Virus record (IMG/VR): IMGVR_UViG_3300010362_000062
Coordinates: 1-33,674 of that record
From: a virus
Taxonomy: Duplodnaviria > Caudoviricetes
Strand: one strand, 5' to 3'
Length of the DNA stretch: 33,674 nucleotides
Shown: piece by piece, positions 15,644 through 23,365 of the stretch
Layout of the letters: the number at the start of each line of letters is the position of its first letter
Position numbering within the stretch: position 1 is the stretch's first letter
Program-made: the position numbers and the translations under genes
The notes under the pieces: generated by a model
Databases searched by the model: none
What the model was told of the DNA's origin: nothing
Seen by the model: only the letters and a program-made list of their open reading frames with translations

Positions 15644-15858
15644 TCTCCGGCAAGTACAAGCGCACGGCCAACGCCGATGCGTGGGCCATCGGTGAGCAGC
15701 GTTCCAACGGATTCCATGTGCGCCGCGTGGTGTGGGGCCTGCTGATGGCGCAGGCCGAGATGCGGCTGGGCGAGGAGATCAGGCGCGCGGTCATCATGGT
15801 CGAACGCGATCACAAGAAGCGGTCGCTGGTCGCGCCTGAACTGAAGGGCGAGTCATGA
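15613..15858 (+). CDS. Hypothetical protein with a CPKC motif
   Basis: ORF within the operon. Confidence 0.55.
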   Translation: MFVCPKCHEVISGKYKRTANADAWAIGEQRSNGFHVRRVVWGLLMAQAEMRLGEEIRRAVIMVERDHKKRSLVAPELKGES

Positions 15859-16052
15859 CGCCGCTGCACGCACACGCCATCTGGGTCGGTCGCTGCGGCA
15901 AGCCGGGATGCCGCGCCGTGCATATCGACTTTGTCGACGAGGAGGGCGACGTGATCGCCTGCGCCGCCATCCCGCACACCGAGGCGCGCGGCTTCACCGA
16001 GAACATCCGCGACTGCGCCTACGCCATCGCGGTCGAGCAGGAGCCACAATGA
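15855..16052 (+). CDS. Hypothetical protein (65 aa)
   Basis: ATGA coupling at both ends. Confidence 0.6.
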   Translation: MTPLHAHAIWVGRCGKPGCRAVHIDFVDEEGDVIACAAIPHTEARGFTENIRDCAYAIAVEQEPQ

Positions 16053-16399
16053 TGCATCCAGCCATGCTTCGTAACCGGCGATGGAGTTGCCTGCTGCCGC
16101 CCGAACTGGTCAGGGCGCAGGTGCTGGACGAGCGCGACCGGGCAATGATGCGCGCGCGTGATCTGGGCGCAACGTACACGGAGATTGGCCGCAAGGTCGG
16201 CATCACCGGCTTTCAGGTGAAGGTGCAGATCGAGAAGATGCGCCGCCGCATGCAGCGCTGCCGCACGCCAATCGAAATCTATCTGGACGCTGACGGGTTC
16301 GACCTGCAGAGGCTGGCTCGATTGCCAGACCCGCACATGCCGAGACCGACACGCTGCCCGCTGTGCGGCAGTGCGCAATCCAACTGGCGATACCGATGA
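16049..16399 (+). CDS. Putative HTH protein (sigma region 4-like) with C-terminal CPLC
   Basis: LDERDRAMM...GATYTEIGRKVGIT motif; AGGAG RBS. Confidence 0.55.
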   Translation: MMHPAMLRNRRWSCLLPPELVRAQVLDERDRAMMRARDLGATYTEIGRKVGITGFQVKVQIEKMRRRMQRCRTPIEIYLDADGFDLQRLARLPDPHMPRPTRCPLCGSAQSNWRYR

Positions 16400-17346
16400 C
16401 CGCAGCGCAGACCATATCGCAGGCGCTCGGCGGGCATCGCATCGCCAAGGACGAGTATCGCTGCCGCTGCCCGGCGCACAGTGACCGTGATCCCAGCCTC
16501 GACGTGCGCGACACGCGCGACGGTCGCGTGCTGGTGGTGTGCCGCGTCGGCTGCAGGCAGATCGATGTCATCCACGCGCTGATGGACATGAATCTGTGGC
16601 CGAGCGATTACACCACTATACCGCCTAATGGTCGAAACGAGATCGACGAGGCCGAGCAGCAGCGCATGCAGGCAATGGCGCTGCGCATTTTCGATGAGGC
16701 GAACGACCCGCGCTACACGCTGGCCGAGTTCTACATGGCCGAGCGTGGCCTGAGCCTGCCAGTCAGTGCCGACGTGCGCTTCCACCCGCGCTGTCCTCGC
16801 CGCAGGTCAGGCGTTGCTCCGGCGCTGGTCGTGCTGATGCGTAATTACCTGACCAACAAGCCGCAGGCCATCCAGCGCATTTACATCAATCCAAAAACCG
16901 CAACCAAGGACAGGTGCGAAGCCTCACCCAAGGGCACGCTGATGCTGGGGCCAGCCGATGGTGCGGCAATGATGCTGACCGACTGGCACGCCACGTTCTG
17001 GGATGTTCTGTCTTTCGCCCCGCGATTGTTTGTGTGCGAAGGATTCGAGACCGCCTGCGCGCTGCTGCAACGCGGTCGCTCACCGATATGGGCACTAGGC
17101 GATGCCGGTCGCATCAAGCGCTTGCCAGTTCTGTTTGCTGTGGGTGAACTGGTGATCTGCGCCGACCACGACCGAGTGAACGAGAAAACCGGCATGCGGG
17201 CAGGCCTCGCTGCCGCTGTTGAATGCAGGGCGCGCTGGAACGCGACCAGCCATCAAAGCGCAGTGATCTGGACAGTCGATAACGAAGGCGAGGACTTCGC
17301 CGACAGGGGTATGCAACATGGTCAAGAAGGTCGAGCCGCCATTTGA
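16396..17346 (+). CDS. Phage primase-like protein (Zn finger + Toprim)
   Basis: CRCPAHSDRDPSL zinc finger; Toprim motifs VCEGFET, ICADHD and EDFAD. Confidence 0.85.
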   Translation: MTAAQTISQALGGHRIAKDEYRCRCPAHSDRDPSLDVRDTRDGRVLVVCRVGCRQIDVIHALMDMNLWPSDYTTIPPNGRNEIDEAEQQRMQAMALRIFDEANDPRYTLAEFYMAERGLSLPVSADVRFHPRCPRRRSGVAPALVVLMRNYLTNKPQAIQRIYINPKTATKDRCEASPKGTLMLGPADGAAMMLTDWHATFWDVLSFAPRLFVCEGFETACALLQRGRSPIWALGDAGRIKRLPVLFAVGELVICADHDRVNEKTGMRAGLAAAVECRARWNATSHQSAVIWTVDNEGEDFADRGMQHGQEGRAAI

Positions 17347-18610
17347 GGCACCGCCCGGCACGCACTGGTACGACCCCGAGCAGCACGAGCAGCCAGCGCC
17401 TGAGCCTGAGCAGAAACCCAACGGCAAGCACAGCAAGACTGAGCCGCTGCCGTTCGAGTATCTGGACCCGTTCGACGTCGGTGCGCTGCCGATGCGCGCG
17501 TGGCTGCACGCCGGTCACTACATCCGCAAGCACGTCGTGATGACGGTCGGGCCGGGTGGCTGGGGCAAGACCACGCTGATCCTCACCAACGCCATTGAGA
17601 TGGCATGCGGTCGCGGCCTGCTCGGCCCGCCACCGGCAAAGCGCCTGCGCGTGCTGTACTGGAACGGCGAGGACCCCAAGGACGAGATCAAGCGCCGCAT
17701 CGCCGCGATCTGCCTGCACTACGAGATCGACATCGCCGAGTTGCGCGGGCAATTCATCATCGGCGACAAGCTGAAGGAGCGCAGGCTCGCATTCGTCAAC
17801 GAGCGCAACCTGCTGATCATCGATCAGGGTGCCATGCTGCAGTTCGAGCAGTACATCGCCGACAATGCGGTCGATCAGGTTTTTCTCGACCCGCTGGTGG
17901 CGTTCCACCATGTGCCCGAGGGCAACAACACGGCGATGGAGAAGTTGGTGACGACACTCTCCGGCATCGCCGAGCGGCAGGATATGTGCATCGAACTGAA
18001 CCACCACACCCGAAAACCATCAGGCGCATTCGAGATCACGGTCGACGACAGCCGTGGCGCAGGAGCCATCGCCAACGCCGCGCGCTCGGTGCGCGTACTC
18101 AACCGCATGACCGAGGCCGAGGCCAAGCTGCCAGCCATCAGCAACGAGGTCCGCCGGGCCTACCTGCGCGTGTCGCGCGACAAGTCAAACCTGACGCCAG
18201 CCAGCAAGGCGACGTGGATCAAGCTGGTGTCGGTGCAGCTACCGAACGGCCCAGACGGCGGTCCCGGCGACAACGTGCAGGCCATCGAGAGTTGGGATTA
18301 TCCGCAACCTTTCGATGGTGTTAGCGCCGACGACATGCGCTGGATGCGCAATCAGGTGCGACTGGAGCATTACCGGAGCAACCCACGCGCCGAGGACTGG
18401 GTCGGCAGGCCGCTTGCGAAGCACCTCAACCTCGATCTCGACGACAAAGGCGAGCGCGAGCGCGTGGTCGCAATTCTGAAATTGTGGTTCAAGAACGGCG
18501 TGTTGGCGACCGAGGAGCGGCCCGACGCCAAGCGCCGCATGCGCGAGTTCGTGGTGCCGGGAAACTGGAACGAGGCGACCGACGACGATGCTCCAGTCGC
18601 ATCATTCTGA
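17318..18610 (+). CDS. AAA_25 / RepA-type replicative helicase
   Basis: Walker A GPGGWGKT, NGED, Walker B VFLDP, NHHTRK and RGAGAI motifs. Confidence 0.9.
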   Translation: MVKKVEPPFEAPPGTHWYDPEQHEQPAPEPEQKPNGKHSKTEPLPFEYLDPFDVGALPMRAWLHAGHYIRKHVVMTVGPGGWGKTTLILTNAIEMACGRGLLGPPPAKRLRVLYWNGEDPKDEIKRRIAAICLHYEIDIAELRGQFIIGDKLKERRLAFVNERNLLIIDQGAMLQFEQYIADNAVDQVFLDPLVAFHHVPEGNNTAMEKLVTTLSGIAERQDMCIELNHHTRKPSGAFEITVDDSRGAGAIANAARSVRVLNRMTEAEAKLPAISNEVRRAYLRVSRDKSNLTPASKATWIKLVSVQLPNGPDGGPGDNVQAIESWDYPQPFDGVSADDMRWMRNQVRLEHYRSNPRAEDWVGRPLAKHLNLDLDDKGERERVVAILKLWFKNGVLATEERPDAKRRMREFVVPGNWNEATDDDAPVASF

Positions 18611-18735
18611 CTGGAGCATGACTGGAGCGCCGCAACTGCTCTGATGCTCTGCTCCTGTCGTATATCCCTTTAGGGGATACGACTGGAGCGGAGCAGCACT
18701 CACAGACAGTAATTGGGGCAATTCTGACTGGAGCA
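18590..18735. repeat. Iteron-like GACTGGAGC repeats (candidate replication origin)
   Basis: Copies at 18590 (reverse), 18609, 18620, 18681 and 18726, a near copy at 18651 (reverse), and a central dyad TATCCC-N5-GGGATA. Confidence 0.7.
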
Positions 18736-18753
18736 AAGTTGAGAGGTTGGAGT

Positions 18754-19032
18754 ATGCCGAGAGGTGGTTACAGAGAAGGTGGAAGCGGAAACTTACGTTG
18801 GAAGGTTGCTGTGATTGGGGCACGGCTGAAGAAAGGAAATAGGAACCGCAGACGTTGTGAGGCTGTAAAGAAAGATGGTGAGAGGTGTCGAGGTATAGCG
18901 ATAAATGGTTGGCACCGATGTTTTGCTCATGGTGGTGCTTTTGTTTTGATGAGGAGAGGCCTCTACATCAGTAGAAGGGTGAGGCATGGCAACTGGAGCA
19001 AAAAAGAAGATACTCAGAGAAGAAGTACGTGA
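18754..19032 (+). CDS. HGGxSTG-like zinc-finger protein
   Basis: RRCEA...C...A..G..RCFAHGG motif; GGAG RBS. Confidence 0.65.
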   Translation: MPRGGYREGGSGNLRWKVAVIGARLKKGNRNRRRCEAVKKDGERCRGIAINGWHRCFAHGGAFVLMRRGLYISRRVRHGNWSKKEDTQRRST

Positions 19033-19210
19033 CGCTTTATTGGAACTGTTGCGCGACAAAAAGAATCCAGCAACAGCACGAGCGAGCGCGGCGCGGACAC
19101 TTGCAGACTTCTTCGGCGATGATGTTGGCGGTGGACACAAGCGTGCCGAGGAGATGACTGCCGACGAGATCGATCAGGAGATCGCGAGTATTCAACAGCG
19201 AAAGACGTGA
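18986..19210 (+). CDS. Putative terminase small subunit-like protein
   Basis: LLELLRD...ARASAARTL and EMTADEID patterns resemble TerS C-terminal regions; lies after the replication genes. Confidence 0.45.
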   Translation: MATGAKKKILREEVRDALLELLRDKKNPATARASAARTLADFFGDDVGGGHKRAEEMTADEIDQEIASIQQRKT

Positions 19211-19340
19211 CAGAGAAGCGCCTGCGCTGCAGTGATTGCTGGCCTGATCATGCTGGCAGCGTGGTGATCATCCTTACCCCATGATCTGCCCTGCAAGCGC
19301 TGCTGGCATGACAGGCCAACGCACGTCAGCATGTCACACC

Positions 19341-19353
19341 GGGCCATTGGCCC
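19341..19353. promoter_or_regulatory. Distant copy of the GGGCCATTGGCCC palindrome
   Basis: Exact 13-bp copy in non-coding DNA. Confidence 0.6.
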
Positions 19354-19603
19354 TTGGTCACCATCCCATAATCCGCGACCCGCCCCCTGCCAGCCCCCGA
19401 AGAAGTGAGCGAAAATATCCGCAACCCTCCGCTCCAAATTTTTCACCAAAAATAAAGGGCTGGCCGAGTTCATCGACCAGCCAGTGTAGGGGTTGCATCA
19501 GTCGAGTTGGACTGAGCGGTGAGCGATCATCGTACCTCCGGTTCCCAACGCAACGGTAGTACACCGGAACCACAGCGACAAAAAACGAAAACGGGAGGAT
19601 CAC

Positions 19604-19780
19604 ATGCAGGCCATCATGTGGCTGTCCATCGGGCTGTTCATCGGTGCCAACGTCGCCATCGTCGCCCTCGCATTGTGCAGATCAGCCAAAGACCGAAACG
19701 AACCACGCCGCCAGCAGCGCGACCGCGCAGGCGATCAGCAGCATGATCACGAGGTCGTCGTCGTCCATGCCCAGCGATAG
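19604..19780 (+). CDS. Small membrane protein (MQAIMWLSIGLFIGANVAIVALALCRSAK...)
   Basis: Translated by hand. GGGAGG RBS; one TM helix. Confidence 0.55.
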   Translation: MQAIMWLSIGLFIGANVAIVALALCRSAKDRNEPRRQQRDRAGDQQHDHEVVVVHAQR

Positions 19781-19812
19781 CATCACCTGACTGGTGAGCG
19801 CGTCCCAATCCA

Positions 19813-20196
19813 TCACTTGGCGTACATCGCAAAGCGCGCGTCGTCGACCTCGCCGATGCGCTCGGCAAAGACCAGCAGGCCGTCGACGAAGGTCAGGCTA
19901 TAGCCGAGGCGGCAGTCGTCGCGCTCGCTGCAGTAGAAGTTCATCGCCGCGCCGCCGCGTGGGCCAAACACGAGATCATTGCCGCACTCGGGGCAGATGC
20001 GCCGCGCCAGCAGCCTGAGCGCGCGCTTTTCGCCGACCTCGCCGGGGCGCATTGTGTCCTCCTTTGGTTTCAGGAAATAGCGCCAGCGTCCGCGCGATCT
20101 GGCGCGCCACACAAAGCGCAGCCACACCAGATGGCGTACACCATCCAGTACAACCAGCACTGGATGCCACGCGAACCAGCGCCAGAACAGGTTCAC
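19813..20196 (-). CDS. Trp-rich (WFAWHPV) peptide in frame with a zinc-ribbon domain; internal start at 20052
   Basis: GTG start coupled to the upstream stop; internal AAGGAGG-N-ATG; CPEC...C..C motif. Confidence 0.55.
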   Translation of the reverse strand: MNLFWRWFAWHPVLVVLDGVRHLVWLRFVWRARSRGRWRYFLKPKEDTMRPGEVGEKRALRLLARRICPECGNDLVFGPRGGAAMNFYCSERDDCRLGYSLTFVDGLLVFAERIGEVDDARFAMYAK

Positions 20197-20372
20197 CACT
20201 GGAAGCCCCCCAGCGCGTAGCCGATGGCCAGCAGCGCCAGCGCCGCCAGCACGGCGATCACCAGCACGGCGAAGGCGACCACGCCCCACAGCCAGATCGC
20301 GCAGGCGATCAGCGCCAGCGGCGCGAGCAGGATCAGCACGCTGCCCAGCCGGGCCTTCTGCCGGTCGGTCAT
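20193..20372 (-). CDS. Small two-TM membrane protein (MTDRQKARLGSVLILL...)
   Basis: Translated by hand; hydrophobic 59-aa ORF coupled at both ends. Confidence 0.6.
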   Translation of the reverse strand: MTDRQKARLGSVLILLAPLALIACAIWLWGVVAFAVLVIAVLAALALLAIGYALGGFQW

Positions 20373-20572
20373 CGCCGCTCCGTGAACTTCACGTCGAGGC
20401 CGAGCCGCTCGAACATCTGCCAGACTTCGCTCACCCGCGCATCGCCGCCCTCCGACAGGATGCGCAGGTGGACGTCGTCGCGGTGCAGGCGCTCGAACGT
20501 CAGCACCCAGTCGAGCAGCCAGTACAACCGCTTCTCGTCAGGCACCTGCGCCTCGATGGTGACGGTGATCAT
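20369..20572 (-). CDS. Hypothetical protein (MITVTIEAQV...)
   Basis: ATGA coupling; AGGA RBS. Confidence 0.6.
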   Translation of the reverse strand: MITVTIEAQVPDEKRLYWLLDWVLTFERLHRDDVHLRILSEGGDARVSEVWQMFERLGLDVKFTERR

Positions 20573-20832
20573 CGGCGTTTCCTGCCCAGTTGGTCCTCGC
20601 GCAGCAGTTTGGGGTAGCGCGCGATGCGGCGCAGATAGGCGCGCGCCATGCGGTCGGGTTCGTAGCGCATCGCGTCCCAGTCGCGCACGGTGCCGACCGC
20701 AAAGCCGTAGGTGTCGGCGAACTCCTGCGCGGTCATGCCGAGGCTGTCGCGCAGACTGCGCGGGTCGGGATACGGCTCGCAGGTCCGGTCGATGATGGTG
20801 AAGCTGGTCAGGTTGTGGGCGTGGCGCTTCAT
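20569..20832 (-). CDS. XRE HTH protein, HigA-antitoxin-like
   Basis: LRDSLGMTAQEFADTYGFAVGTVRDW...PDRMARAYL motif. Confidence 0.75.
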   Translation of the reverse strand: MKRHAHNLTSFTIIDRTCEPYPDPRSLRDSLGMTAQEFADTYGFAVGTVRDWDAMRYEPDRMARAYLRRIARYPKLLREDQLGRKRR

Positions 20833-21965
20833 GTGACCTCGTACTCCTCGCGCCTGATCTCGCCCTTCTTGGCATCGCCGCGCACGAACGGCGACCACCA
20901 GTACACGCCCGTGCGCCTGATCTTGAAGTGGCCACGCACGAGGTGTTGTCTTGCGGTCTCGCGGTCGATGCCGCGCGCTTGCGACACCCGGTGCATGGCG
21001 CGCGTCAGCGAGATCGTGGTGCGGGTGTAGTCGTAGAGCGCAGATTTGCCGCGCTTCCTACGCGCCTTGTTGAGCCTTGAGAGGTCGACCACCTCGTGCT
21101 GCACGACGTTGCGCGAGTTGAGCATGCAGAGCAGGCACTGCAGGATCATGCCTTCGCCTTGGATGTCGGCCATCCAGTTCGCCACCAGCGCGCGCGATTC
21201 AGGTCCGCAGTTGTCGAGCCGCAGCACTTCGGTGAGCAGCGGCGTGCCGTAGGGCGACAGCCCAAACATCATGTGCTTCTCGGCCATCCGCATCGCCTCG
21301 ATCTCGCGCGGGCTGTTGGCGAACTGCTGCCAGCCGTGCCGGTTCATGAAGAAGCGCTTCACTTCGGCCTCGTCGCTGTTGGCGAAATAGTATTGCTCGA
21401 TCTCGCCCATGACGGTGGCGAGGATGCCGTGGCGCTGCCTGCCTCTGGCGTCGGTGGCCTTCTCGGCGTAGAACGCCAGCAGCTTGGCGTGACAGGCGCG
21501 CACCATCGCGGCGACGTCGCCATCGGGCCGGAAGTCGAAGTAGATCGCAAACGGCGAGATGTTGATGGCGTCGGTGTGGCCGGAGCGCGCCCGCTCGCCG
21601 TGCATCCAGCACACCAGTGCCTGCCCGGTCTGGCTGGCTTCGGGGTAGTCGGTGAAGTGTTCGATCAGGAAGCCCTGCCGCTCGGGGACTGGTGCTACCT
21701 CGCCGCGCCGGTTGGGCGGGCCGAGGCCACCGTGGTACTCGCACCACATCAGCGGGTAGGGCAGGCGGCAGAGCGGCAGCGCCGCATTCATGGTCGACGG
21801 CTTGGTGTCGAGCAGGTTGTAGCAGGCGCGCATGATGTCGTCCGACATCTCGAACCGCTGCGCCTTGCCGATCACCTCCGAGGTCATGCTGGCGATACCC
21901 ATCAGATCGTACATGGTGTTGCAGGCCTCGCGGATGTGGTCGGCCAGTGTCTTTGAGTGATTCAT
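20829..21965 (-). CDS. Hypothetical phage protein with a C-terminal HLVRGHF motif
   Basis: 378-aa ORF ending in RQHLVRGHFK...WWSPFVRG; AGGA RBS. Confidence 0.75.
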   Translation of the reverse strand: MNHSKTLADHIREACNTMYDLMGIASMTSEVIGKAQRFEMSDDIMRACYNLLDTKPSTMNAALPLCRLPYPLMWCEYHGGLGPPNRRGEVAPVPERQGFLIEHFTDYPEASQTGQALVCWMHGERARSGHTDAINISPFAIYFDFRPDGDVAAMVRACHAKLLAFYAEKATDARGRQRHGILATVMGEIEQYYFANSDEAEVKRFFMNRHGWQQFANSPREIEAMRMAEKHMMFGLSPYGTPLLTEVLRLDNCGPESRALVANWMADIQGEGMILQCLLCMLNSRNVVQHEVVDLSRLNKARRKRGKSALYDYTRTTISLTRAMHRVSQARGIDRETARQHLVRGHFKIRRTGVYWWSPFVRGDAKKGEIRREEYEVT

Positions 21966-22261
21966 CACTTCCTTTTCCCGTCGAGAATTTTCTGCCGCCG
22001 CGCTTCGGTCCAGCGCGGACGCGGCGTCTTGATGGGCCGGTGGCGGTGGCCGATGAAGTCGAACAGGTCGTCGGTCACATAACAACCATGCTCGCGCAGT
22101 TCGCGGTCGATGGCGAAGAAGTAGCGCGCCGGAAACAGCCCGGTGCGCGTGCGCCAGTCGTGGACATTCGAATGCACCTCGCCGCCGAGATCGGCAATCG
22201 GCTTGAACCCGCCAAGGACATCGACGACTTCGTCAAATCTGTGCAGATGGATTCTGGGCAT
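21965..22261 (-). CDS. Cro-like HTH protein, paralog of 14439..14669
   Basis: EVVDVLGG...VHDWR....FPARYF.AID.ELR..G aligns by eye with the 14439 protein. Confidence 0.7.
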   Translation of the reverse strand: MPRIHLHRFDEVVDVLGGFKPIADLGGEVHSNVHDWRTRTGLFPARYFFAIDRELREHGCYVTDDLFDFIGHRHRPIKTPRPRWTEARRQKILDGKRK

Positions 22262-22265
22262 GGCG

Positions 22266-22673
22266 TCACCGTGCGGCGCTGCCGTTGCCTCCACCCCGTT
22301 TTTTCTTGCGCGGTTTTTTCTTCGGCGCACGGCCCTGCTTGAGCATCCACGTCGCCTGCTTCTCGCGCTCATCGGCGTAGTCGTAGCGCTTCACCTTGCG
22401 GAAGCCCTTGTGCAACTGGCCGCGCTCGTCGATCTCGTCGTTGCGCACATAACCGAGGCTCGATGACACCGCGTCGATGGTGATGTTCTGCGGCTTCTTG
22501 GTCTTGCCGGAAAACCAGTTGCCGAGCGTGGTCGAGGCAACGCCCGAGATCGCGCGCACGTCGTTGGCGCTCAGGCCCTCGTCCTCGCACACGGTCTGGA
22601 TGGCGTCGACAATCTGATCGCGCTCTTTCCACGGCGTGGTTCTGTAATTTACTGCAATGCGCGGTGCTGCCAC
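22266..22673 (-). CDS. XRE-family HTH regulator
   Basis: GLSANDVRAISGVASTTLGNWFSGKTKKP motif; AGGAGGAG RBS before the GTG. Confidence 0.75.
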   Translation of the reverse strand: MAAPRIAVNYRTTPWKERDQIVDAIQTVCEDEGLSANDVRAISGVASTTLGNWFSGKTKKPQNITIDAVSSSLGYVRNDEIDERGQLHKGFRKVKRYDYADEREKQATWMLKQGRAPKKKPRKKKRGGGNGSAAR

Positions 22674-22742
22674 GACACTCCTCCTTCAGGCTTTGTTGAT
22701 TGCAGTCGCCCCACTTCAACTCCACCTCGCAGCGTTCTCCTA

Positions 22743-23150
22743 TTATTTTTTCTCCTTTGCTTTTTTTGTCATCGCCGCCTTGCGCCAGCGCATGCGGTCC
22801 TTGGCTTTTTTGGTCAGTACCCAGTTTCTGTTGTCGTCGTGTGTGATCAGGGCGTCTTTCTTCAGCAGGTTGAGCGCTGACGATGTCGAGCCGGGCTTGC
22901 GACCGACGTCGGCGAAGTGATCGCGCAGCACCTTGGTGCCCATCGGCAGGCCACCGGCCAGCAGCGCGAGGATGAAATCCTCCGCCTTCTGATCGAATTT
23001 TTTGGCAGGCGCGCGTGCGCCGTTCAGTTTGCGCGGCGCGTCGAGGTTGAGATCGACCTTCAGCACGCCGCGCATTTTCTTCACGGCCTCGATGGTGGCT
23101 CCGAAGGCCTCCTGCTCGACGTGCAGGGTAATCGGCATCAGTCTTGGCAT
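22743..23150 (-). CDS. Basic protein with a probable winged-HTH C-terminus
   Basis: ILALL...SSALNLLKKDALI......WVLT pattern; GGGAG RBS. Confidence 0.6.
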   Translation of the reverse strand: MPRLMPITLHVEQEAFGATIEAVKKMRGVLKVDLNLDAPRKLNGARAPAKKFDQKAEDFILALLAGGLPMGTKVLRDHFADVGRKPGSTSSALNLLKKDALITHDDNRNWVLTKKAKDRMRWRKAAMTKKAKEKK

Positions 23151-23365
23151 TTTGGTGGCTCCCAGAAACAGTTGCGTCTGCAACCACCGTAACAAATGGT
23201 GACATCTCTGTGAACAGCGCGCGCAAGGTGGCTATTCCTTTGTGTGCGAACAAGCCTGTTCCCGTTTTGGCACAGCCGGTGTATGGTTAGGGCCTGCTCG
23301 CATCGCGTCGGCAGCGCCGCGCTCTGCTCCCAGCGCCTCTAGGTCGGGGAGCCAACATACCCGCA

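Noticed and set aside
18590-18735. CRISPR mini-array
   Set aside because: The repeats are only 9-15 bp, irregularly spaced and in both orientations, and no cas genes are present.
23247-23261. LexA (SOS) box
   Set aside because: GAAC-N6-GTTC fits neither the alphaproteobacterial GTTC-N7-GTTC consensus nor the Gram-positive GAAC-N4-GTTC consensus.
23268-23283. Sigma54 promoter for late genes (TGGCACAGCCGGTGT; GGCACAGCCG also occurs inverted at 14146-14155)
   Set aside because: The -24 element matches but the -12 TTGC is missing in both copies. The shared 10-mer could be chance in GC-rich DNA.
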